Notes: generated by a model from the sequence alone, not told the origin. DNA of 64,000 nt from Planctomycetota bacterium (GCA_036732755.1 DAINBU010000011.1:513-64512); one strand, 5' to 3'. Counted from the stretch's first letter, positions 47,301-57,100 are shown. Made by a program: numbers and translations.

Positions 47301-47669
47301 CGCGAGCACCGCAGCTGCGACGCGCTGCTGGATCTCGGCGCGCGCGACGATCTCGCCGGCGGCGGGTGCGGTGGCGGGCGAGGCGCGAGCGGTCCCTTGG
47401 ATCTGCGCCTGCGCCTGCTCATGGCGTGCGCGTGTCGCTTCACCCCGAAAGAGGTGGCGCGCGACGTTGCGCGTCACGGCGCCGAGCCAGCTCCGCTTGT
47501 CGCCTCCATGGCGCGGCGGACGGGAGAGCGCGGCGAGCCACGTTTCCTGCTCGAGGTCGTCGACGCGATCGGCTCCGCGGACGAGTGCGCGCGCGACGCG
47601 ACGCACCCACGCGGCATGGCGCAGTAGCTCGTCCGCCGATTGCGGGAAGGACATGGGGGGCAGACTCAC
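44358..47669 (-). CDS. ECF-family sigma-70 factor fused to a transmembrane helix and a ~880-aa extracytoplasmic domain with carboxypeptidase-regulatory-like (prealbumin-fold) repeats
   Basis: GTG at 47669 with AAGGAGGAG 5 nt upstream. Sigma region 2 (RHAAWVRRVARALVRGADRVDDLEQETWLAAL) and region 4 (LPPTEIARTLDVSVETVKTRLKRGLAQLRERL) are present. There is no stop or plausible restart before a transmembrane helix (LIASAATIVIGVSLVVMM). Repeated beta-sandwich-like units follow (..GRIVDMKGEPI.., ..GVVLRSDGATPVANTRVHLEP.., ..GRLIVPDGATCAGLDVIAARP..). Confidence 0.7.
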   Translation of the reverse strand: MSLPPMSFPQSADELLRHAAWVRRVARALVRGADRVDDLEQETWLAALSRPPRHGGDKRSWLGAVTRNVARHLFRGEATRARHEQAQAQIQGTARASPATAPAAGEIVARAEIQQRVAAAVLALEEPYKSTLLARYFDELPPTEIARTLDVSVETVKTRLKRGLAQLRERLDSLKWNEPTLEAALMPLCGPIAHVVVPASAKLIASAATIVIGVSLVVMMNRRPAVSRTGAASVAAPAVLASPVALPAASAGPIAASGDPAPQESGAPARTKESAPVPNSPPDDAPAHMTGRLLLPDGSGAANVALRLYGWKSNQERALKYGLPTDWKPIEVVSQPDGSFAIEFTAPRAFQFVFDAKLDGYAAPAWRWTQIDPGSTKNLGDITLCRAGTIRGRIVDMKGEPILRAGWTVHADGPKCAEGDGADTTRVYTAVDATTARFLLENVPPGKVQLKANSRLTNWIQGPAIDVRSGETTDADIIYAGSDVAHRITVVLFARPFYIFESDAAEILLTGNGIEPRHATKIQFSSQSHSFDDVPDGQYTVEIRDPKFLPWRQDGVAVGSSISAKLKGNAQIRLHVVYAATGAEIPRYSLRVQFAGNTRPNTFELVKAGEPPPDGGLFDGMIPVEQTLIVEVPGCAACSLPLTPLPANQVTEVTARLTKGATISGVVLRSDGATPVANTRVHLEPNRESDSPNSGLHVVNGEAPAGIFDAESDADGQFEFACVPPGHYTICNEDAPPLEARIDDVDVREDTSRVADLELVLPPRGYLVGRLIVPDGATCAGLDVIAARPGETVEQKYDRIVRQHRMDFRRMRGSFDMPAPLSLAPDGTYRLGPLPPGPTEVHLALPPVRIPLGEGGSMSTGVSVEFALAARIVTKVGEPATTTSEPVTIVDGAETRADFDARAVFPGCLSVTVTVDGIPAAGAIVEVRPGKSTKMTKDQLLGVDRLAAGQVRADGRAILSPIPAGSVSVIVRGADQSWYWRAPQDFEIASGVESRAEFVIALVAGDLLIKDRATDLPMPSHFIDIGFGDGAADDFPYYVQSDASGRIHLRLQPGSYRMRDNDTNQSGEDAVPFEWTSQGPAADTIRIQKASASESESQDAGNK

Positions 47670-47843
47670 GATCTCCTCCTTAACGCTGCGGCCGCGCGCC
47701 CGTCCAGGTTTCCGAACTTTGCACGGATGCCGCGCCGAGCGCGGGAGGGTTCACCGCTTCGCGAATCGACGACCCGGCCCCGGCCGGACCGACGGCGCTA
47801 ACCTGCCGCGCCGGTTCACCCCAATTCGGAACGGAGCGCGCAC

Positions 47844-49424
47844 TTGGCTCGACGACGGAGCGGGACCCTTCGGCGAGCGACGGCCCTCGCGGACGTCGCC
47901 GCGCTCGCGTCGGTTGCGCTCGCGCTCGCGAGCCCCATCGCCCTCGGGCAAGGCGTCGGCCTCGACGACGCCTTCGCCCCTTCCGCCTGGAGCGACCTCT
48001 TCGACCACCGCAGCCTGAAGGGCTGGGTGAAACGCGGTCCGGCCAAGTTCGAGGTCGTCGACGGCGTCCTGGTCGGCCACGCCGTCGCCGGCGAGACGAA
48101 CTCGTTCCTGTGCACGGAGGCGAGCTACGACGACTTCGTCCTCGAAGTCGAATTCCGCTGCGACGCGCCGCTCAATTCGGGCGTGCAGGTGCACAGCGAG
48201 TTCGTCGCCGGCCGCGTGCAGGGCCATCAGGTCGAGATCGACGTCGACGGCGCGCGTGGACGGCTCTGGTCGGGCGGGATCTACGACGAGGGCCGCAAGG
48301 GCTGGCTCGATCCGGCCGACGGCGAGCAGGGCGCGCGCGGCGTCGCGTTCAGCGAGCAGGGGCGGAAGATCGCGAACGCGCTCGCGAACGAACGGAATCG
48401 GGACGGCTGGAGCTGGCTGCACGTCGTCGCGCACGGCACCGAGCTCACCGCATGGCTCGACGGCGAGCTGCGCGGCCACGTCCGCGACGCGGCTCCGGAA
48501 CACGGCTTCCTCGCCCTGCAGGTGCACGCGATCGACGCAAAGGCGCTGAATGCCGCGCCCCGAGGCGAGCTCGCGGTCCGCTTCCGGAACGTCCGGATCC
48601 TTCCGCTCCCGAGCGGCGCGACGGGGATCGGCGACAGCGACGCGACCCAAGATGCGAGGGTCGCGATCGACGGTGCCGGCACGAACCGCCTCACCGACGA
48701 GGAGGCGCGCGCGGGCTGGCGTCTCCTGTGGGACGGCGCAGGCGACTCCGGCTGGCGCAGCGCGACGGGCGAGACCTTTCCGAAACGCGGTTGGACGATG
48801 CGCGACGGAGTGCTGACCGTCGGCGCACCGCCCGCTGCGCCCGCGAATCCATCCTCGACCAAGGCGGGAGCCAACTCCACCTCCGAGTCCGCCGCCGGCG
48901 GCGACCTCCTCACCCGCGAGCGCTTCTCCGACTTCGAGCTGCGCGTCGACTTCCGGCTCACGGCCGGCGCCAACAGCGGCATCAAGTACTTCGTGCAGCC
49001 CGACCTGCGCCCGATCACGGCGAGCGGCGCGCCGGCGGCGACCGGTTCCGCCATCGGCTGCGAGTTCCAGCTCCTCGACGACGCGCTCCACCCCGACGCG
49101 AAACTCGGCCGCGACGGCAACCGGACGCTCGCCGCGCTCTACGACCTGATCCCGCCCGCCGCCGAAAAGCCGGCGCGCCCGATCGGAGCCTGGAACACGG
49201 CGCGCATCGTCGCGCGCGGCACGCACGTCGAGCACTGGCTGAACGGCACCCGCGTCCTCGAATACGAGCGCGGCACCGACGCCTTCCGCGCGCTCGTGCA
49301 GCAGAGCAAGTACAAGAACCTCCCCCAATTCGGCGAGTGGCGCGACGGCCACGTCCTGCTGCAGGAGCACGGCAGCGAAGTCTCCTTCCGCAACGTCTTG
49401 ATCCGCCGCCTGCCGCCCGACTGA
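47844..49424 (+). CDS. Secreted protein with two DUF1080 (3-keto-disaccharide hydrolase-like, concanavalin-type) domains
   Basis: TTG start with GGAG 9 nt upstream. Signal peptide MARRRSGTLRRATALADVAALASVALALASPIALGQG. Each half has the DUF1080 pattern (W..LFDHRSLKGW........G..VGHA...NSFLCT...Y.DF.LE.EF. and NSGIKYF......HWLNG..V..Y.. at the C-terminal end). Confidence 0.75.
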   Translation: MARRRSGTLRRATALADVAALASVALALASPIALGQGVGLDDAFAPSAWSDLFDHRSLKGWVKRGPAKFEVVDGVLVGHAVAGETNSFLCTEASYDDFVLEVEFRCDAPLNSGVQVHSEFVAGRVQGHQVEIDVDGARGRLWSGGIYDEGRKGWLDPADGEQGARGVAFSEQGRKIANALANERNRDGWSWLHVVAHGTELTAWLDGELRGHVRDAAPEHGFLALQVHAIDAKALNAAPRGELAVRFRNVRILPLPSGATGIGDSDATQDARVAIDGAGTNRLTDEEARAGWRLLWDGAGDSGWRSATGETFPKRGWTMRDGVLTVGAPPAAPANPSSTKAGANSTSESAAGGDLLTRERFSDFELRVDFRLTAGANSGIKYFVQPDLRPITASGAPAATGSAIGCEFQLLDDALHPDAKLGRDGNRTLAALYDLIPPAAEKPARPIGAWNTARIVARGTHVEHWLNGTRVLEYERGTDAFRALVQQSKYKNLPQFGEWRDGHVLLQEHGSEVSFRNVLIRRLPPD

Positions 49425-49452
49425 ACGGCCCGACCTCAGCGAGGAGCCTTCG

Positions 49453-50874
49453 ATGCGTCGCCCGTCCCGCCGCGCCTTCCTCGTCGAATCGGGTTCGGCT
49501 GCCCTCGGCCTGGTGATCCTGCGCCGGCTGCCGGCGAGCGCGCGGCGCGGCGCGCCGTCCTCGCTCGAGAGAATCGAGGTCGCGCAGATCGGCTGCGGCC
49601 GCATGGGCCGCGGCGACGTGCTCGGCGTCCTCGCCTCCCCCCTCGCCCGGATCGTCGCCGTCTGCGACCTCGACAGCAAGCGCCTCGCGGCCGGGAAGCA
49701 GCTCGTCGAGGAGGCGTACCAGAAGCAGGGCGAATCGAAGATCGACGTCGCGACGTACGCCGACTACCGCGAGCTGCTCGCCCGCCCCGGCCTCGACGCC
49801 GTGATCGTGAGCGTCCCCGACCACTGGCACGCGCGCGTCGCCGTCGACGCGGCGCTCGCCGGCAAGCACGCCTACGTGCAGAAGCCCGTCACCTACGACG
49901 TCGCCGAGGCGCTCGCACTGCGCAAGGTCGTCCACGCGAAAGGGGTCGTCCTGCAGACCGGCTCGCAGCAGCGCAGCGACGAGCCGTGGTACGCCTTCCG
50001 GATCGCGAGCGAGCTCGCGCGCAACGGCGCGATCGGGAAGTTGAAGTCGATCCAGATCGGCCTCGGCAGCGATTCGCCGAGCGGCAAGCCGCCCGCGCCG
50101 ATGGCCGTCCCGGAGCACCTCGACTACGCGCGCTGGCTCGGCGCCGCCCCCGAGCAGCCCTACATGGAGGGCCGCGTCCATCCGCAGACGAGCCTGTCCG
50201 GCCGCCCCGGCTGGATCACGACCGAGGATTTCGGGCTCGGGATGATCACGAACTGGGGCGCGCACCACGTCGACATCGCGCAGTGGGCGCTCGGCCGGGA
50301 GCGCGGCGGGCCGCTCGCGATCGAGGGACGCGCGACCTTCATGCAGAACGACCTCTGGACCGTCCACCGCGACTACCACGTCGAGCTCGCCTACCCCGGC
50401 GACGTGCAGGTCGTGCTCGACCAGAAGTTCGAGGTCGGGCTGCGCTTCGAGGGCGACGGCGGCTGGCTCTTCTGCACGCGCAACGAGGAGCGCGCGACCG
50501 CGAGCGACCCGAAGGCGGCCGATCCCAAGAGCGCGCCGCTGCGCGCGAGCGACGCGCGGCTCCTCGCACCCGAAGCGCGTAATGGCCTCGGCGCGAAGGC
50601 GGTCCGCTGGCCCGCGAGCAAGAACCACTACTTCGACTGGCTCGAGGCGATCCGCGACCGCCGCGCACCGGTCGCCCCGATCGACGAGTCGGCGCGCAGC
50701 CTCACCGCCTGCTACCTCGCATGGCTCGCGATGAAGCTCGGGCGCAAGCTGAAATGGGACGCCGCCGCCGAGCGCATCGTGGACGACCCCGACGCCGGCG
50801 CTCGGCTCGGCCGCGCGCCGCGCTCGGGCGAGTACGACCTCGCCGCCGTGCTGAAGCGCGCCGGCATCGAGTGA
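49453..50874 (+). CDS. Gfo/Idh/MocA-family oxidoreductase with twin-arginine signal
   Basis: MRRPSRRAFLVESGSAALGL is a Tat motif (RRxFL). VAQIGCGRMGRG is a Rossmann NAD(P)-binding motif. EKP-like VQKP and the C-terminal alpha/beta domain are present. GAGGAG SD. Confidence 0.85.
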   Translation: MRRPSRRAFLVESGSAALGLVILRRLPASARRGAPSSLERIEVAQIGCGRMGRGDVLGVLASPLARIVAVCDLDSKRLAAGKQLVEEAYQKQGESKIDVATYADYRELLARPGLDAVIVSVPDHWHARVAVDAALAGKHAYVQKPVTYDVAEALALRKVVHAKGVVLQTGSQQRSDEPWYAFRIASELARNGAIGKLKSIQIGLGSDSPSGKPPAPMAVPEHLDYARWLGAAPEQPYMEGRVHPQTSLSGRPGWITTEDFGLGMITNWGAHHVDIAQWALGRERGGPLAIEGRATFMQNDLWTVHRDYHVELAYPGDVQVVLDQKFEVGLRFEGDGGWLFCTRNEERATASDPKAADPKSAPLRASDARLLAPEARNGLGAKAVRWPASKNHYFDWLEAIRDRRAPVAPIDESARSLTACYLAWLAMKLGRKLKWDAAAERIVDDPDAGARLGRAPRSGEYDLAAVLKRAGIE

Positions 50875-50879
50875 CCGCC

Positions 50880-51761
50880 ATGACCCCGACGCCCCCGTTC
50901 GATTCCGCCGATCCCTCCGCGAAGATCACGCGCTTCCGCGCGCTGCACGCCGCCGGCTGCTTCCTTCTCCCGAATCCTTGGGACGTCGGCAGCGCGATCG
51001 CGCTCGCGCGCCGCGGTTTCAAGGCGCTCGCCACGACGTCCGCCGGCTACTCGTTCACGCGCGGACTGCCCGACGCGACCGACGCGCTCTCACGCGCGGA
51101 CGTCCTCGCCCACGTGCGCGAGATCGTCACGGCGACGCCGCTCCCCGTGAACGTCGACTTCCAGTCGGGGTACGCGCCCACGCCCGAAGGCGTCGCGGAG
51201 AGCGTCACGCTCTGCGCCGCGACCGGCTGCGCCGGCCTCTCGCTCGAGGACGCGAGCGGCGAAAGGCACGCGCCGCTCTTCGAGCTCCCGCACGCCGTCG
51301 AACGCATCCGCGCCGCGCGCGCCGCGCGCGACGCAGCCCGCTCGGGCGTCGTCCTCACCGCGCGCTGCGAGGCGTGGCTGGTCGGGGCGGACGATCCCAA
51401 GAAGATCGCCCTCGAGCGTCTCGTCGCCTTCGCCGAAGCGGGCGCCGACTGCCTCTACGCGCCGGGCGTGCGCGACCCCGCGACGATCGCGGAGCTCGTG
51501 CGCGCCGTCGCGCCCAAGCCGGTGAACGTCCTCGTCTCGGCGCCGGCGCCGGGGCTCTCGCTGAAAAGCCTCGCCGACCTCGGCGTGCGCCGCGTCTCGC
51601 TCGGCTCCACGCTCGCACGCGTCGCGTGGGGCGCCTTCCTCGCCGCGGCCGACGCGCTGGTGGCGGCCGATTCGTTCGACGTGCTCGCCGGAGCCGCTCC
51701 GTTCCAGGACCTGAACGCACTGTTCGCTGCGGGCCGCTACGGCAGCGGGGCGATGCTGTAG
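50880..51761 (+). CDS. Isocitrate lyase / PEP mutase superfamily enzyme (2-methylisocitrate lyase or carboxyvinyl-carboxyphosphonate phosphorylmutase-like)
   Basis: MTPTPPFDSADPSAKITRFRALHAAGCFLLPNPWDVGSAIALARRGFKALATTSAGYS matches the ICL/PEPM N-terminal pattern, and a later EDA-like motif (GLSLEDASG) is present. Upstream residues of track ORF 50721.. are Arg-rich shadow. Confidence 0.8.
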   Translation: MTPTPPFDSADPSAKITRFRALHAAGCFLLPNPWDVGSAIALARRGFKALATTSAGYSFTRGLPDATDALSRADVLAHVREIVTATPLPVNVDFQSGYAPTPEGVAESVTLCAATGCAGLSLEDASGERHAPLFELPHAVERIRAARAARDAARSGVVLTARCEAWLVGADDPKKIALERLVAFAEAGADCLYAPGVRDPATIAELVRAVAPKPVNVLVSAPAPGLSLKSLADLGVRRVSLGSTLARVAWGAFLAAADALVAADSFDVLAGAAPFQDLNALFAAGRYGSGAML

Positions 51762-52948
51762 ACGACGCCGTGTTTGTCGTAGGCGACGACGTAGATCTCG
51801 CCGTCGCGCCCCTGACCGAACGCGACGATGTTGAGCGGGGCCTTGTGGATCTGCTTCGGGACGGGCGGCTGACCGTTCGGGTCGAAGCAGAAGAGTCGCC
51901 CCTGCTCGAAGTCGCCGTAGACGTAGCGCCCCTGCAGCTCCGGCACGCTCGTGCCGTGGTAGACGAAACCGCCGACGATCGCCTCGCACTGCGGATGGTT
52001 GTGCACCGCGATCGGCGCGACGAAGCCGGGCGGGTTCGACGGGACGCCCGACGGATAGGCGAGGTTTCCCTCCAGGACGTTCCAGCCGTAGTTGCCGCCG
52101 CGCACGATCTCGTCGATCTCCTCGGCGTTGTCCTGGCCGACGTCGCCGGCCCACAGCCTCCCGGTCGCCGGATCGAACCCCATCTTCCATGGGTTGCGCA
52201 TGCCGAGGGCCCAGATCTCGTCGGCGCCGCCGACGCCGACGAAGGGGTTGTCGGACGGCACGGCGTAGGGGCGCACGGAGACGTCGAGACGGAGGATCTT
52301 CCCGAACCAGGTGTTCACGTCCTGGCCGTTGTCGAACGGGTCGCCCGCGTCGCCGCCGTCGCCGAACGCGACGTAGAGGAAGCCGTCGGGCCCGAAGTCG
52401 ATGTCGCCGCCGTTGTGGTTGCTGAAGAGCTGGAGCAGCGAGAGCACCGTCGCGTCCGGGCCGGGATCGAGCGTGAAGGTGAGTCCGCCGTCGGCGCTGA
52501 CGTAGCGCGTCACCTTCGACGTGCCGGCGTTGCCGCCGACGTTCTCGACGTAGGAGAGGAAGACCAGGCCGTTCGTCCCGAAGGCGGGATCGAAGGCCAT
52601 CCCGAGCACGCCGTTCTCCCCGTTGGTCAGCAGGTTCGGGACGGTGACCGCGGTCGAGCGCGTCCCGGCCGGATCGGTGTCGAGAAAGGTCTCGATCGCG
52701 CCGAACTGCTCGACGACGTACCAGCGGTGGTCGTCGCTCGGGTGCTGCAGCAGGTCGACGGCGTAGGGGAAGGCCTGGCCGCCGAAAGCGGGCGTGAGGG
52801 CGACGACCGGCGGAGCGTGTGGGTGCGAGCCGCGCGAGCAGGCGCCCGCGCCGAGTACCCCCAGCGCCGCCAGCGCGGCGAGCCGCGCCGCTCTCAGGGT
52901 CGAGCGCAGGCTTGCGCGCGGGGTCGCGCCTCCTCGAGCGTGAGCCAT
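51737..52948 (-). CDS. PQQ-dependent sugar dehydrogenase (soluble glucose/sorbosone dehydrogenase family) lipoprotein
   Basis: ATG at 52948 with GGAGAG 7 nt upstream. Lipoprotein-type signal with Cys (..LAALAALGVLGAGACSRG). sGDH-family beta-propeller motifs follow (HNGGDIDFGPDGFLYVAFGDGGDAGDPFDNGQD, GMRNPWKMGFDPATGRLWAGDVGQD, EIDEIVRGGNYGW). It overlaps the convergent PEPM gene by 25 nt. Confidence 0.8.
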   Translation of the reverse strand: MAHARGGATPRASLRSTLRAARLAALAALGVLGAGACSRGSHPHAPPVVALTPAFGGQAFPYAVDLLQHPSDDHRWYVVEQFGAIETFLDTDPAGTRSTAVTVPNLLTNGENGVLGMAFDPAFGTNGLVFLSYVENVGGNAGTSKVTRYVSADGGLTFTLDPGPDATVLSLLQLFSNHNGGDIDFGPDGFLYVAFGDGGDAGDPFDNGQDVNTWFGKILRLDVSVRPYAVPSDNPFVGVGGADEIWALGMRNPWKMGFDPATGRLWAGDVGQDNAEEIDEIVRGGNYGWNVLEGNLAYPSGVPSNPPGFVAPIAVHNHPQCEAIVGGFVYHGTSVPELQGRYVYGDFEQGRLFCFDPNGQPPVPKQIHKAPLNIVAFGQGRDGEIYVVAYDKHGVVYSIAPLP

Positions 52949-53000
52949 CGTCGCTCTCCGATTCCGCCTCCGACGAGACGGAACGGTAGCGCCGCGCGGA

Positions 53001-54188
53001 TCAGCCCGACGTGCGCTCCACGGGGGCGCCGTCCGAGGCCGCAGTTCCGTTCACCGGCGCCCCCCCGGCGGCGGGCGCGACGATCAGCACGGTGAAGGTG
53101 CGCCCGATCGGGTCGCGGCCCCCCTGCGTCAGCTCGATGCGCACGCGGTCGGCCCCCTCGTCGTGCGGCAGCATGGCCGTGAAGGCGATGCGCGAACGCG
53201 GCGCGCGTTCGCTGCTCAGCACCGGGTCGGGCTGCGCCTCGGAGAGCGTCCCGTCGACGACGCGCTCGCCGCAGCGCACCACGCAGCCGCGCAGGTCGGC
53301 GGCGGAATCGCTGCGCACCTCGACGTGGCCGCTGACCACCACCTCGCCGCGGCGCGCGACCGCCTTCACGTCGCGCAGCAGGTAGAAGTCGGCGAGGTCC
53401 TCGGTCGCGAGGATCGTCCCCGACGACTCGTCGACGCGGCGCGCGAGCCCGGCCGCGAGCCCGCTCCCGACCGCCGCCGCGAAGTGCTCCTCGACGTGGC
53501 GGTTGTTGCGTTCGAGCAGGCCGGGCGGGACGACCAGCGAGAAGACGTAGCCGAGCGGCTCCGCGCGATCGAGGAAGTCGAGGCGCACCTCGTCGAGGCG
53601 CACCTCGAAGCGCGCCACCTCCGCGTCGCCGTCGGCGAACGTGGCGCGGCCGCCGGCGATCGGCAGCACCTGGTGCAGCACCGCCTGGAGGCGCGCCTCG
53701 CCGCGGTAGGTCGTGTCGTCGACGAACCAGCAGAAGGGCCCGCCGATCAGGAAGAGGGGCAGGTTGAGCCAGAACGTCTCGTTGTGCTCGTAGGAGGCGC
53801 GGCGCGGCACCTTGGCGTCGCACTCGAGGACGAGGTCGGCGTCGGCGTCGGCGCACGCCCGCCGCCACCACGCGTCCTGCTCGGAGCGCGGCAGGCGCTG
53901 GAACTCCTCGGGCGACGTGCCGGCCGGCCAAGGCAGCACGATCGCGTCGGCGAAGCGGCCGCGCAGCGCGTCGCGCACCGCGCCGGTGAGCTGCGTCGAA
54001 TCGAAGCGCGGCACGATCGAATTGCCCTCGGGCGCGCTTCCCTCCGACGCGAGGTCGGGGAGCGCCGCGGCGTCGAACGGGATCACCGCGACCTTGAAGG
54101 GCAGCGTGCCGCCCGAGACGCTGGTCGTCGCGGTGCAGCCGACCGGCGCGAGCAGTCCGGCGCAGAGGAGCAGCGCGCGCAGCTTCAC
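53001..54188 (-). CDS. Hypothetical lipoprotein, last gene of the FHA / kinase operon
   Basis: GTG at 54188 overlaps the kinase stop (GTGA). GAGGGGG lies about 9 nt upstream. VKLRALLLCAGLLAPVGCTATTS gives a signal with Cys. The mature protein has ordinary composition. Only the C-terminal 396 aa of track ORF 53001..55904 are real. Confidence 0.6.
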   Translation of the reverse strand: MKLRALLLCAGLLAPVGCTATTSVSGGTLPFKVAVIPFDAAALPDLASEGSAPEGNSIVPRFDSTQLTGAVRDALRGRFADAIVLPWPAGTSPEEFQRLPRSEQDAWWRRACADADADLVLECDAKVPRRASYEHNETFWLNLPLFLIGGPFCWFVDDTTYRGEARLQAVLHQVLPIAGGRATFADGDAEVARFEVRLDEVRLDFLDRAEPLGYVFSLVVPPGLLERNNRHVEEHFAAAVGSGLAAGLARRVDESSGTILATEDLADFYLLRDVKAVARRGEVVVSGHVEVRSDSAADLRGCVVRCGERVVDGTLSEAQPDPVLSSERAPRSRIAFTAMLPHDEGADRVRIELTQGGRDPIGRTFTVLIVAPAAGGAPVNGTAASDGAPVERTSG

Positions 54189-57100
54189 TTGCCGCCCCCC
54201 TCGCCGCTGCACTCGCTGAAGCGCGCCCGCTGCAGGTCGCCGCTCTCGAGCTGCCCGAGCACGTCGTCGAACGACGCCGCGCAGCGGAAGCCGCGGTCGG
54301 GCGCGCGCGCGTCGCGCCGCTGCCGGTCGGCGCAGGCGAAGTCGCCGTGCGCGCGCCGCGACGACGCCCCCACCACCCAGAACTCCGCCGCCTCGGCGGG
54401 CGACGCGCGCTCGCGCGGCCGGAGGAACCACGCGCGGTGGTCGTTCACCCAGCGGATCGGGTTGGCGCCGTCGAAGCCGTCGGCGACGGTGCCGCTCCAC
54501 TCGCTCACGCCGCCGGTCAGGTCGCGCAGCCTGGTGTCGGGGGTGACGTCGGCGCCGCCCGCCTCGACGCCGCGTCCCGACGCCGTCGCCCGATAGTTCG
54601 CGCCGCCGCGCAGCGCGTACTCCCACTCGACGAACGACGGCAGCCGCTTGCCGGCCCAGCTCGCGAAGGCCGCCGCCTCGTTCCAGGTGACGTCGGTGAC
54701 CGGCCGGCCTGGCGGGGCGTCGCGCAGCGTCGCCTGCAGCGCGGCGCGGCGCTGCGCGGCGGGCGCCGCTCCGGCCGGCCAGTGCGTCGCGTCGGCCCAG
54801 CCGCGCGGGTCTTCGAGGAAAGCGCGGAAGTCGGCGACCGTCGTCTCGCGCTCGTCGAGGTAGTAGTCGCCGATCTCGCCGGCGGGGAACTCGGCGGACC
54901 ACGAGCGGGAGATCTTCAGGCGATTGTAGGAGCCGAGCCCGACCGACGCGAAGAGGCGCTTCTCGTCCTCGTCGTTGCGGCCGCCGAAGCGGTAGGGCAC
55001 GTCGCGGTTGCCGCGGACGAGACGCAGCGTCGCGAGGGTCGCGTTGCCCTGCGTCACGCGGACCGCCGCCGGCGCCATGCGCGTGATCGTGTCGGCCTCG
55101 CGCTTGGTCGAGACGGTGGTCGACCGGCCGCGCCGGTCGCGCGCCGTGAACGTGATCGTCACCTCGCGCTGCGTCCACGACCGCGGGATGCGCGTGCGGC
55201 CCGACCACTCGCGCGCCGCCGCCTCCTGGTCGCGCCCCTCCGCCGCGAGCGCGACCTCGACCGGCGCGAGGCCGGCGACCTCGAGGCGCGCCGCCACGTC
55301 GGCGACGCCGTTTTGATCCTCGACGTCGGCGCGCAGTTCGTAGTTGCCCGCCGCGTCGGGGTCCCAGGCGTGGTCGGCGAGCGGCCGCTTGAGCTCGACG
55401 ACCGGGCCGCGCTGCGCGATCTCGAAGGGGAGCTCGACCGGCGCGGCGACGTTCCCCGCTTCGTCGGAGCCGACCAGGCGCAGGACGTAGCGCCCGTCGG
55501 GCCAGGCGGGCGGATCGGCGAGCGCGGCGGCGACGGGGAGCGGCAGCGCGAGCTCGCACGGCTCGCCCCCGACGGCGGCGGCGGGCAGCTCCCCTTCGGC
55601 GAGCGGCGCCGTCGCGCCCGCCCCGTTCGCGCGAACGGAGCGCACCACCTCGAAGCGCACGTGCGCCGGCGCGGCCATCCCGGTGCGCTCGGAGACGCCG
55701 GTGTCGACGGTCAGGAGCGCCGCCGCCGGCCAGGCGCCCGCGCTGCGCGACCGCTCCTCCGCCGCGAGCGCCCTGCATTCGAGCCGCGGCGGCGTCTCGT
55801 CGACGACGCAGCGCGCGCGCAGCTCGAGGTCGGGCGGCCGGCGGCGGTCGTCGGCGTCGATCTGGCGCCAGCAGCGCAGCAGGAGCTCGTGCGGGCCCGC
55901 GCACGGGAGCTCGACCTTGAACGTCCCCAGCACGTCGGAGGGGCCGCCGAGCGCGACCTCCTCGGCGTCCCCCGCGCCCGCATCGGCGCGCGGCGGCGTG
56001 ACGGCGCGGCCGTCGACGGCGAGCGTCACGCGCAGCGGCACGCTCCCCATGCGCGTCACGTGGACCTCGATCCGGCGCGACGCCGTGAACCAGGGCGCCC
56101 GCTCGTCATCGGGCGTGTCCGTCGCGAGCGGCACCGCGGGTGAAGCGCCGTCGGGGCCGGACAGCGCGACCGCCAGCTGCGGGCGCGCGTCGCTGCAGTC
56201 GAATTCGAGCCGCGCATGGGCGCGGCCGCGCCGCTCCGCGTCGTCGCGCAGCACGTAGGCGGCGTCGGAGGCGCGGACCTCGAGGGCCCCCTTGAACAGG
56301 CGGTCGCCCGGATCGAAGCCGAAGTCGGCGAGCGCGACGTCGACGCTCTTCGTGCACGCGAGCGCGCGCCGACCGAGCGAACGCCCGCCTGCCTCGAGCA
56401 ACTCGACCTCGACGTCGGCGACCGTCGAGAGCGCGAAGGAGAGGCGCGAGCGGCGGCGGTCGGCCACGAACCAGCGCTCGCCGTTGCGCAGCGCGGCCGA
56501 GAGCTCCGGCTCCCGCGCGAAGGCGAGCGGGTCGGTCACGATCTCGAGCGGGCAGGTCGCCAGCTCCTCGTTCCCGGCTCTGTCGACCAGGTGGATCTGC
56601 AGCGGCGGGCTCGCGCTCGTGAGCTCGAGCCCGCGCAGCGCAAGGCGCCAGACGCCGCGCGACTCGTCGCGGCGCGACTCGTCCTGCTGCGCCTGGAGCG
56701 GGCTGCCGCCGGCGCGCACCTCGATCTTCTCGACGTCCTCGGGCCGGCCGTCGACCACCACCTCGATCAGCTGCGCCTTCGGGTCGAGCCGGCGGCCGTC
56801 GCGGCGCGGCACGTCGACGCTCCCGAGGCGGATCGCGTCGGGGCCGAGCCATTCGAGCGCGAACGGCTGCGAGTAGCGCGCCGGCGCGTCGCGCGGCGCG
56901 AGCGAGAGGCGGCGCACCTCGACGTAGACGGCCTCGCGCACGCGGCCGCCCTGGCGCTCCGACGCGACGCTGCCGGCCACGCGCAGCGAGCCCGCGCCGA
57001 GCGACGTCGCCATCCAGTCGGCGAGCGTGCCCGCCTCGGGCTTGGGGTCGGCGACGAGGCGGACCACGTCGCCCTCGGCGAGGTCGACGCCGCTCGCGCG

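Noticed and set aside
44358-47669. Splitting the 1103-aa ORF into a separate sigma factor and a downstream anti-sigma gene
   Set aside because: No stop codon occurs, and no start with an RBS exists between region 4 and the transmembrane helix. Only about 30 residues separate them, too short for an anti-sigma cytoplasmic domain.
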